Source: Syntrophales bacterium
GTDB taxonomy: Bacteria > Desulfobacterota > Syntrophia > Syntrophales > UBA2210
Assembly (NCBI GenBank): GCA_028718565.1
Contig: JAQULO010000001.1
Coordinates: 27,736-91,735 of the forward strand
DNA length: 64,000 nt
Reading direction: 5' to 3'
Position 1 is the first letter of the stretch, and the number at the start of each line of letters is the position of its first letter. Shown here in pieces: positions 8,697 through 17,797 of this stretch. Both the position numbers and the translations under genes were made by a program. The notes below the pieces were generated by a model, which was not told where the DNA came from, did no database searches, and was given only the letters and a program-made list of their open reading frames with translations.

Positions 8697-11006
8697 ATGG
8701 AAAAACGCTACAATAATGTTCTGGACCTGATAGGGAATACTCCTATTGTAGAGATCCGCCGTCTTAATCCCAATAAAAAAGTTACGGTCTATGCAAAGCT
8801 GGAGGGGGTCAACCCCGGCGGATCGATCAAGGACAGGACAGCGCTATACATGATAGAAAGGGCCGAGGAGAGGGGCGCCCTCACCCCGGAGAAGACCATT
8901 CTGGAAGCCACCAGTGGCAACACCGGCATAGGCCTTGCCCTCGTTGCGGCAGTCAAAGGATATCCCCTTACGCTGACCATGCCTGAATCGGCGAGCGAGG
9001 AGAGAAAGAAGATATTAAAGGCCATGGGTGCCCACATGCGGCTTACACCGGCCGAGTTCGGGACAGATGGTGCGATAGAGGTGGCGTACGAGATGCTGCG
9101 CGAGGAGCCGGAGAAGTACTTCGCCACCGATCAGTTCAATACCGAAGACAACGTAATGGCCCACTACCACGGCACGGCGGAGGAGATCTGGCAGCAGACG
9201 GACCGAAAGGTCACCATGGTGGTAGCAACCCTGGGGACGTCCGGGACCGTCATGGGGATCTCCAGGAGACTTAAGGAATACAACAAAGATATCAGGATAA
9301 TAGGCGTAGAGCCCTATCTCCACCACAAGATTCAGGGGCTAAAGAACATGAAAGAATCCTACCGCCCCGGTATCTTTGAAAAAAAGAGGCTTGACGAAAA
9401 AATCAATATCCTGGATGAAGATGCATTCAAGATGGCCAGGGCACTGGCCCGCACCGAAGGGTTATTCGTCGGCATGAGTTCCGGCGCCGCCATGCACGTG
9501 GCCCTCGAGAAGGCACGGGAAATGGAAGAGGGGGTGATTGTGGTCATCTTTCCCGACAGCGGGGAGAGATATCTCAGCACGTCACTCTTTTCGGACCGTG
9601 AAGAAACCTCACTTCGCCTATACAACACGCTCACCCGGGCCAAGGAATCGTTCAAACCGTTAGGCAACTCTCATGTCTTGATGCATTCATGCGGACCGAC
9701 CATGCACGAGGTCCCTCACATCGGAACCTACCGGCGCTTCGTCGTGGCGGACATGATAGCCCGGTACCTGGAATTCAAGGGATACAGCGTCAAGCATGTC
9801 TCGAACATAATAGACCTGGCCGACCGATCCGTGCGTGGCGCCGAAAGGGTCGGCATGAATATCGGTGAGTTCACCCGGGGGCACACCGAGGCATTCTTCG
9901 GCGACCTTAACAAGCTCAATATCAACCATGATGACACCTATCCGGCGGCGAGTGAGAATGTCGATTCGATGATACAGTTGGCGGAGCGGCTCGTGGAGAA
10001 GGGGTATGCTTACGAAAAACTGAGGTCCGTTTATTTCGACATATCGCGGCTTGACGACTACGGGGTCTTATCAAAGATAGACCTGGCAAACGTGCGACAC
10101 TCACAGACGGTAGACCAGGACAATTACGCAAAGGACAGCCCCGTAGACTTCAACCTCCTCAAGCGCTCAACCCTGACGGAGTTGAAGGAGGGAATCTATT
10201 TCAAGACCAAGTGGGGGAACGTGAGGCCGGGCTGGCACCTTGAATGCGCGGCCCTGTCCATGAAATACCTGGGGGAAACCTTCGATATCTACCTGAGCGG
10301 CGCCGATATTATCTTCCCGCACTGCGAGAACGTCATGGCGATAGGAAAGGCCGCTACGGGGAAGAATATTGCAAACTATTGGCTCGCCTCTGAACTCGTC
10401 ATGCTGGACGGCAAGAAGATGTCACGCTCCCTGAACAACTTCTTTTCCGTGGGCGACCTTGAAGAGCGAGGATACACCGGGCGTGAAATCAGGTTTTTTC
10501 TCCTCAGCTCCCATTACCGAAAACCGCTCAGTTTTTCGTTCGGCGCGCTTGACACCGCCGGCAACACGGTAAAGAGACTCAATAACTTCATCCAGAGACT
10601 GCTACGCCTCACCCCGGGAGATGGCTACGCGGAAACCGACCAACTCATCTACGACGTCAGGAAGGGATTCGCCGAAGCGATGGACGACGACTTCAATATA
10701 TCGGGTGCCCTGGCCTCTCTGTTTGAATTTGTAAGAACGGTAAATATCCCTCTGGCGGCGAGCCGGCTTGATGCCAGGCAGAGAGACCTGGTTCTTGATA
10801 CCATGAATCGTATCAACTCCGTACTGCGCATTATGGATTTCGAGGAGAAAACACTCAGTGAAGATGCCACGCGGCTCATGGAGGAAAGAAGGCAGGCCAG
10901 GTCTGTTGGCAACTGGAAAGAATCCGACCGCCTGCGCCAGGAGCTTGCAACGTTGGGGGTTCTTGTTCATGACACTGAGAAGAATACTACGTGGACCCTG
11001 CAATAA
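8697..11006 (+). CDS. Fusion protein: cysteine synthase (CysK/CysM, PLP-dependent) + cysteinyl-tRNA synthetase-like domain
   Basis: One uninterrupted 769-codon ORF. Residues 1-300 carry GGSIKDR (PLP Lys), TSGNTG, GTSGT and SSGAA. Residues 306-769 are colinear with CysRS (LRLYNTLTR..., SCGPT, HIGT, WHLEC, FPHCEN, KMSRS, DDDFN, C-terminal tail). Confidence 0.9.
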   Translation: MEKRYNNVLDLIGNTPIVEIRRLNPNKKVTVYAKLEGVNPGGSIKDRTALYMIERAEERGALTPEKTILEATSGNTGIGLALVAAVKGYPLTLTMPESASEERKKILKAMGAHMRLTPAEFGTDGAIEVAYEMLREEPEKYFATDQFNTEDNVMAHYHGTAEEIWQQTDRKVTMVVATLGTSGTVMGISRRLKEYNKDIRIIGVEPYLHHKIQGLKNMKESYRPGIFEKKRLDEKINILDEDAFKMARALARTEGLFVGMSSGAAMHVALEKAREMEEGVIVVIFPDSGERYLSTSLFSDREETSLRLYNTLTRAKESFKPLGNSHVLMHSCGPTMHEVPHIGTYRRFVVADMIARYLEFKGYSVKHVSNIIDLADRSVRGAERVGMNIGEFTRGHTEAFFGDLNKLNINHDDTYPAASENVDSMIQLAERLVEKGYAYEKLRSVYFDISRLDDYGVLSKIDLANVRHSQTVDQDNYAKDSPVDFNLLKRSTLTELKEGIYFKTKWGNVRPGWHLECAALSMKYLGETFDIYLSGADIIFPHCENVMAIGKAATGKNIANYWLASELVMLDGKKMSRSLNNFFSVGDLEERGYTGREIRFFLLSSHYRKPLSFSFGALDTAGNTVKRLNNFIQRLLRLTPGDGYAETDQLIYDVRKGFAEAMDDDFNISGALASLFEFVRTVNIPLAASRLDARQRDLVLDTMNRINSVLRIMDFEEKTLSEDATRLMEERRQARSVGNWKESDRLRQELATLGVLVHDTEKNTTWTLQ

Positions 11007-11131
11007 CGATCCGGCAAGGTATGCTGCCCCCTGATTTTGTCTTAACCTGGGGATGTCCTATGAAAAGAGCCTACAAATCGCAGGACCTCCCCCGTTGCAA
11101 ATGTTCAGGATGTAGGGTTGGGTTGGGGTCC

Positions 11132-11510
11132 TCACCTGCCGTATACATGTCTCTTGAACAAACCCGTCAGCGGTGTCTCCACCCCCTTGAGCGCAAGTAA
11201 AATGCTGTCGGAAACGCGGGAGTTGTATCGTTCGCTCAGTTCGCGGCAGACATACCGTATCGTTTTTGCCTCGTTCCGACGGAAACCGTCGGGATAGATG
11301 GCGTCGACCAGTCGGCTATCCGATCCGGGGAGAGCTTCAACATCTCAGCCGGGGTTGAGGCTAGGGCAAAGAGCCTGCGGGTAGCCACCTCGGTCACTTC
11401 ATCCTTGGTCCTCAGACTGAGAATGGTGGAGATAAGGATATGAAACTATAGGTGTTTTTTGTGAGAGCGTCAACAGCAGTTATTATATCGGAGTCTTTCA
11501 TACGCCATAA
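11132..11510 (-). pseudogene. nth: Endonuclease III (nth) remnant
   Basis: Minus-strand translation gives [45 protein letters not shown]. After a 1-nt shift near 11305-11315 it continues [47 protein letters not shown].... A TAG (11446-11448) sits directly upstream of the HhH-GPD core, and the C-terminal Fe-S cluster loop is missing. Confidence 0.6.
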
Positions 11511-11569
11511 TGCCCAGCGACCGGAATCCTGGATCAGAGATTACCGGAAAACCGGTCGCCGAAGATTTC

Positions 11570-12403
11570 TTATTCGTATCCCTCTTCATCGGCAAGAATG
11601 TCGAGATGCAGCGTCGCTATATCCTCCACGTCCAGGTTCGGCGCCTTCTCCGCTTTTCTGAAGTCGACCGCCTTTATGTACTTATTGCAGACGTTGCACA
11701 CATCGACCCGGTACTTCTCCTCTTCCTCGATGGTGAAGTAGGCGAGAGTCTGTTGGTCTTCATTCCCGCAGAAGGGGCAGCGAATTCGTTTGAACTGCCA
11801 ATCAAATCCGCACTGACTGCAGAAGAGAAATCTCTTTCCCCCCTCTCCTCTGAGCTCCGAGATCTTCGGTTCTCTGCCGCATATGGGGCAGTACCCCTCA
11901 GACCACTTCGACCCGGCAATAGTGTCTCCGTACTTTTCAGAGAGGACCTCCAGCGCCGGCCGCAGGCTCTCTTCGACAAGGAAACCAAGCAGATCAAAGA
12001 CCCCTTCTTCACTCTCATCCTCTGCATCTTCATCCTGCTGTAGGATGAAGGACTCGCGGACCATCTCCCGGTAGTCCAGCTCCCCGGAATTGATCTTCCG
12101 TATTATTTCACCGGTTTCTTCCAGGTCCCGCTTCTGAGCTATCTCGAGGAGGGAGATAAAGTACTCCTTCGGTTCTTCAAGCTCAAAGGTGCCCTCGGGG
12201 AAATCGACGAGGGGCAACCCCCCGGTAAGTTTTTTTTCTATAAGCGATTCATCTATGTTAAAGATATCACCCTGAGCCTTGCGGCGGTACGTTTCTCTCA
12301 GGATAAGGACCTCTTCAAGGATATCGAGCAGTTCTTCATAATGGGGGTTCATATGTTTGTACCCGTCAATTGTCTTCAGGGTGTCTCTCAGTACTTGCGC
12401 CAT
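11570..12403 (-). CDS. fdhE: Formate dehydrogenase accessory protein FdhE
   Basis: 277 aa with paired CxxC motifs (CPICG, CSQCG, CPFCG, CNVCNKY) in FdhE spacing. It is the last gene of the fdn operon. Confidence 0.85.
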   Translation of the reverse strand: MAQVLRDTLKTIDGYKHMNPHYEELLDILEEVLILRETYRRKAQGDIFNIDESLIEKKLTGGLPLVDFPEGTFELEEPKEYFISLLEIAQKRDLEETGEIIRKINSGELDYREMVRESFILQQDEDAEDESEEGVFDLLGFLVEESLRPALEVLSEKYGDTIAGSKWSEGYCPICGREPKISELRGEGGKRFLFCSQCGFDWQFKRIRCPFCGNEDQQTLAYFTIEEEEKYRVDVCNVCNKYIKAVDFRKAEKAPNLDVEDIATLHLDILADEEGYE

Positions 12404-12565
12404 GCTTCACCTCATATGGGGTTTTAAAACGAAGCCCCCCTATATATGCTTTATCCCACAAATTCAAGAAATTATTGCCCCAGCAAAAAGGGGCCCGTTC
12501 TCGATGGAACAGGCCCCTCATGATCAACAGATCTTCACTCCTGCATGCAGGCGCAGATCAAATTG

Positions 12566-13204
12566 CTACTTTGAAACCTCCAGCTTTCCAGCTTCTTCCA
12601 TCTCTTTTAACCATTTCGGACACTGTTTCTCCGCCCAGGGTCGTGTGACCCATCCCGTCAGGATAGCTGACACAGAACCGGGGACACCAACGGTTCCCAG
12701 ATACAAATGGATAAAGAAGAAGGGGAAGATGACCAAGAACCCGAGGGCGTGCAGGGGGTACATCCACCGTACCAGTTCCACCGGAAGACCCAGCGGGAAC
12801 CACATGACCAGCCCGGTGATAATCATAACGATCCCGAAACCTGCCACCGCCCAGAAGAATGCCTTCTGGCCGGGGTTGTATTTCCCCGTCTCGGGAACCT
12901 TGTCCACATGCCACAGGTAACCACCTGCCACCATAATCCACTCCAGATCCTGGGGAAACTCGAATATGCCGGCCTCCTTCCACCATATCAATATGGCGAA
13001 GGCAAGTGACGGGATAAAGACAAGCCCGGAAAAGTTGTGGATCAGTTTCAGCGTTTTCAATCCTCCGACAGGAACCGCAAGAAAATTGAACGAATGGAAC
13101 ATCATTCCCAGCCCCGAAACCATAAGGATCAGGCAGGAAATGGCCATGCACCAGTGCACTATTCTCTCAAACCCATCGGATGCTTTTATCATTCCTTTTT
13201 TCAT
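12566..13204 (-). CDS. fdnI: Formate dehydrogenase gamma subunit (cytochrome b)
   Basis: 212 aa with four predicted TM helices and conserved His residues. It lies immediately downstream of fdnH. Confidence 0.85.
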   Translation of the reverse strand: MKKGMIKASDGFERIVHWCMAISCLILMVSGLGMMFHSFNFLAVPVGGLKTLKLIHNFSGLVFIPSLAFAILIWWKEAGIFEFPQDLEWIMVAGGYLWHVDKVPETGKYNPGQKAFFWAVAGFGIVMIITGLVMWFPLGLPVELVRWMYPLHALGFLVIFPFFFIHLYLGTVGVPGSVSAILTGWVTRPWAEKQCPKWLKEMEEAGKLEVSK

Positions 13205-13205
13205 T

Positions 13206-14000
13206 TTATTCGCCTCCTTCCTTGCTTACCTGATCCCCATCGCCGCTGGTGTCCTTGGGACCGTGTGTGATGTAGTGTAAGAAGGATCCCGCTATAACAC
13301 CGCCGGCGGCAAGCAGGCTGAGCGGCTTGAGCCAGTCTTTCCAAGCAACAACAGAGAGGGGCACTCTCGGTTTCTCCGGAAGCTTGTCATAGATGGCAGC
13401 CTTCCTCGGAAGAACGTATACCATGTGCGTTCCATCCACAAAGGTGTCTCCGTAGACGGAGGCGTCGCCGCCCAGTTCCTTCGCCCTCGCATATGCCACT
13501 TTCAGCATCTCATCCTTATCGCCGAAGCGCAGGGCGTCGGTCGGACAGGCCTTGACACAGGCCGGTTCCATCGCGTTGTCGATCCTCGAATAACACATAT
13601 CGCACTTGAGGACCTTGTCGGTCTCAGCATCATATTTAGGCACTTCAAAGGGACATGCAAAGACGCATTCCTTGCACCCGATGCACTTACTGCCGTCAAG
13701 AGCGACGGTACCGTACTCGGTATGGGAAAGCGCACCACTCGGACAGACCTTCACACAGGCTGCATCGGTGCAGTGCATGCATGCATCATGTCTGAACAGC
13801 CAGTCAACCCCGCTATCATCAGATATTTCTTGAAATCTTATAATATTCCAGGTGTTCGGCTGAAGATCAGGCGGGTTCTGATAAGTCCCCGTGTTGACAG
13901 TCTGCCGGGCAGGCAACTGGTTCCACTGCTTGCACGCCAACTGGCATCCCCTGCAACCGGTACACTTGGAAAGATCACACAGTTTGATTTTCTCAGACAT
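13206..14000 (-). CDS. fdnH: Formate dehydrogenase beta subunit (4x[4Fe-4S])
   Basis: Ferredoxin-type cluster motifs CTGCRGCQLACK, CMHCTDAACVKVCP, CIGCKECVFACP and CDMC...CVKACP, plus a C-terminal TM anchor. Confidence 0.9.
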   Translation of the reverse strand: MSEKIKLCDLSKCTGCRGCQLACKQWNQLPARQTVNTGTYQNPPDLQPNTWNIIRFQEISDDSGVDWLFRHDACMHCTDAACVKVCPSGALSHTEYGTVALDGSKCIGCKECVFACPFEVPKYDAETDKVLKCDMCYSRIDNAMEPACVKACPTDALRFGDKDEMLKVAYARAKELGGDASVYGDTFVDGTHMVYVLPRKAAIYDKLPEKPRVPLSVVAWKDWLKPLSLLAAGGVIAGSFLHYITHGPKDTSGDGDQVSKEGGE

Positions 14001-14003
14001 GGC

Positions 14004-17000
14004 TTACACCTCCTTCCTTTCGACATTTACCATGAAGGCCTTGCTCTCCGGAATCATGGTATTGGCGTCTCCGATAAACGGAGTTACTATGTTGGCGGAA
14101 TCACCAAAGGTAAAGACTTCCGGCTTCTTATCACCATGCACGTATTCCCTCATCTTTGTGGTAATCCAGCCGTAGTGCCATGGAATACCGACCTCATGAA
14201 CCGTATTGCCGTCGATATTGAAGGGTTTCCATCTGTCTGTCACGATCGCCACGGCATCGACCTGTCCCCTGACTGATTTCACGGTTACTATCTCGCCGTT
14301 TTTGATCCCCTTATTCTTGGCAAGCTCAATGCCCATCTCCACGAACATGGAGGGCTGCATCTCCGCGAGCCAGGGACACCACCTCGTCATAAGGCCGGTC
14401 TGCCAGTGCTCGCTCACCCGATACGTTGAACAGACGATCGGGAACCGCGGATCGCAGGTTGCCCTCGCATCCACATCCGTCCCCGTTCCCTCTTTATCCC
14501 ATCTCTTGATTGTAGGATTGACGAACTGCGGTGACATGAGGTTGCTCTCAACGGGGCATTCCAGGGGTTCATAGTGCTCCGGGAAGGGACCGTCCACCAG
14601 CCCGGGACCAAAGATCGAACCGACTCCATCGGGCTTCATAATAAAGGGGGGCCTTCCAGCGCCCGGTGCGGCGACGCCATCCGGCACATCGCCGACCCAC
14701 GAGGAACCATTCCACACAATAACGGGATGCTCTTTGTCCCAGGGCCTCCCTGTCTCCGGATCAACGGAGGCGCCGTTGTAGATGATTCTCCGGTTAACCG
14801 GCCAGCTCCACGACCATTCGGGATACAGACCAATGCCGGATTCATCTTTTTTGCTCCGGCGGGCCGCCATATTTCCCTTCTCGGTATAGGAATTACAGTA
14901 GAGCCAGTTGCCCGAAGAGGTAGACCCGTCACCCTGGAGAAAGGCGAAACTGGGAACCAAAGTACCCTTCTTGTACAGCGTGCCGTTGATCTCCTTATCT
15001 TCAAGGAAGTAGCCGTTGATCTCCTTGGCGATATAATGGGCATCCAGGTGCCGGACCTTGCCGTCAATATCCTTGGGTCCATAATCCCAAGTCATCTGTG
15101 TGATGGCCTCTTTCAGCGGGCCGCCTTCCTCTTCGTACAGCTCCTTGATTCTGTAGAAGAGCTCCGAGATTATCTCACCGTCAGGCATGGCCTCCCCGGG
15201 AGAATCGACCGCCTTGTACCGCCACTGCATCCAGCGACTGCTGTTGGTGATACTGCCCTCCTTTTCAATTGAAGCGGAGCAGGGAAGCATGAAGACCTCC
15301 GTCTTTATCTTCTTCGGATCCATATCCGGCCCCTTCCAGAAGGAGCCAGTCTCGTTGTCGAAGATATTGACATTCACCATCCAGTCCAGCTTGCCCATGG
15401 CCTGCCGGGTCTTGTTGGAACTGGCACCGCTGCACGCGGGGTTCTGCCCCCACGCGAAGAAGCCGGTGAAATTTTCTTTGTACATCGCGTCGAAGAGGCT
15501 TAGCCACGAGTAGTTCTTCCCGTCATCCAGCTTTGGCAAGTATGTATAGGAATCTTCCAGAGAAACACCCGTTCCGTAGTGGGCCCTCAGAAGGCTTGCC
15601 ACATACTTGGGGTAGTTATTCCACCAGTTCAGGCTGTTGGGTTCAACGGTTGTGGGGGTATTCTTGGCGTCATACTCGGCCAGGGTCGGCAGGGACGCCA
15701 CAGGGGTTTTCAGGTACCCAGGCAGGATATGGAAAAGGAGACATTGGTCGGTGGAGCCCTGTACGTTGGACTCGCCCCTGAGGGCATTGACCCCGCCGCC
15801 GGCCACACCCATATTCCCCAAGAGGAGCTGAATGATAGACATCGTTCTGATATTCTGAACGCCGACTGTATGCTGGGTCCATCCCATGGCATACATGATC
15901 GTCCCCGCTTTTCCTGTAGCACCGGTCTTTGCATACTCCTCATAAACCTCAAGGAGTTTCTCCTTCGGCGTACCGGCAATCCTGGAGACGATATCCAGAT
16001 TGTATCGGGAATAATGTCTCTTCAAGAGTTGATACACGCAGTTGGGATCCTTGAGGCTCATATCCTTCTTGGCGACACCGGCCGAATCGGTCTGGAAGGA
16101 CCACGAGGACTTATCGTACTTGGCGTCCTTGAGACCGGAGAATACGCCATCATTATCTCCGGGGAGTTTGAAGTCGGCATTGACCAGGAACGGGGCGTTG
16201 GTATAGTACTTGACATATTTTTCCTGGATCAGGTTGTTCTCCAGAATATAGTTGATCATACCGCCCAGGAAGGCTATGTCGCTTCCCGATCTCAGGGAGG
16301 CATAGATGTCAGCTTTAGAAGAGGTCTGCGTGAATCGGGGATCCACGCTGATCAGCTTCGCGCCGTTTTCCTTGGCCTTGGTTACATACTTGAATGAGAT
16401 AGGGTGATTGGAAGCCGCGTTACTTCCCATGATTAACACACAATCACTGTACTGGATATCGATCCAGTGATTGGTCATTGCACCGCGTCCGAACGACTCT
16501 GCCAGAGCCGCAACAGTGGCGGAGTGTCAGATACGGGCCTGATGTTCAATATAGACCAGGCCCAACCCCCTCAAGAATTTTTGATAAATGAAGCACTCTT
16601 CGTTGTCCATGGCGGCGCTGCCGACGGAAGCTATACCCTCCGTCCTGTTCACCACCTGGCCCTTTTCGTTCTTAAGGGTAAAACTTGCGTCTCTGCTTTT
16701 CTTGACGTTCTTGGCGATCTTATCGATCATCCACTCCCAGGATTTCTCTTCCCACTTGTCGGAGTAAGGCGCCCGGTAGAGCGGTTTGTCAAGACGATTT
16801 TTGTTGACCGAAAGCTGATAGATGGATCCGCCCTTACTACAGAGTGATCCTTGGTTCACAGGATGATCCGGATCCCCCTCTGTGTTGATAACCTTCCCGT
16901 CTCGAGCGGATACGATTATTCCGCACCCAACGGCACAGTAAGGGCAGACCGTGGTGGTCTCTTTTGCATACTTGATCTTTAACGGCTGCGCGTGAGCTGC

Positions 17001-17084
17001 CACCGGCTTCAGATTGATACCGATCCCGCTCGCCATCAGCGCAGTTCCAGAAATCTTCAAGAAGCCTCTTCTGCTGATATCCAT
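14004..17084 (-). CDS. fdnG: Formate dehydrogenase alpha subunit, selenocysteine-containing, Tat-exported
   Basis: ORFs 16527-17123 and 14004-16478 share a frame and are joined by TGA at 16529-16527, reading ...IEHQARI-U-HSATVAALAESFGRGAMTNHW, the FdnG Sec context. Twin-arginine signal MDISRRGFLK and CPYCAVGCG are present. AAGGAG lies 8 nt upstream of ATG 17084. Confidence 0.93.
16494..16510 (-). promoter_or_regulatory. Candidate bacterial SECIS hairpin for fdnG
   Basis: The mRNA reads CGGCUCU-GGC-AGAGUCG, a 7-bp stem (one G-U pair) with a GGC apical loop. The stem begins 16 nt after the UGA and the loop lies about 24 nt after it. Confidence 0.5.
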
Positions 17085-17633
17085 AACATGCACTCCTTTC
17101 TGAAAGTTTTGATACCCAAGCACTCACTTCTTCTCTCCTTTCCAAGCACGGGAGGCACAGCCGTTTCCAGCCATACCCATTGTCCGCTCTTCATGGAAAA
17201 TTCTTCGTTAGAAGAGACGGATTCGGAGCACATTATCTCTACATCATCTTCAATTATCCCCTTGGGTTACTAATGAATTGGAAACCAATTGAAAGCTACA
17301 ATAAAGAGCTGAATCAACGGTCGGGCTATATAGACTATGAGGTGTTTTGTCAAGATCTTTTAGAAATTTCAGCAGTGATTTCTATATATTATGCCATAAT
17401 TGACATAAGCTTTGGCAAGTTCACCCGCCCTCCGATAGTAGGGCCGGAGAGTCGCCACAAAACACAAATTTCACTTTTGAATATCCGGAATATCTAGAAC
17501 AGCTATCCTGTTGACATGTTGTCGCCGTATGTGCTCCTATGTGCTCTATAGAAAGAGCTTTATAACCCTAATTTCACAGGGTCAACGGGATTTTAATTTT
17601 TTTGATGGCGGCTGAGTGGGATGCCTTTTTTTC

Positions 17634-17662
17634 TTGACAGGACGCCTTAAAATACATATGTC
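17634..17662 (+). promoter_or_regulatory. Candidate sigma70-type promoter for the hydrogenase operon
   Basis: TTGACA (17634-17639), a 17-nt spacer, then TATGTC. It sits about 135 nt upstream of the small-subunit start. Pattern match only. Confidence 0.25.
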
Positions 17663-17797
17663 CCTCAAGACATAACCTGTGGCGTGTCGCCGTGGAGAAG
17701 ATTCCGGCATGTAACGGATTAAGAACTAGTATGCGCCTGGCCAGGGTAGCGAAGAGTCTCGATAGAAATAATTGTTTGGATATAGAAAGGGGACAAT

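Noticed and set aside
16478-16530. Reading the two FDH ORFs as separate genes or as a pseudogene
   Set aside because: They share a frame. The separating codon is TGA at the conserved Sec position, with a downstream hairpin and an intact operon.
17180-17497. 105-aa ORF in the fdn/hya intergenic region
   Set aside because: It lies in an AT-rich spacer. It has no RBS, odd composition and no family resemblance. It is more likely regulatory DNA.
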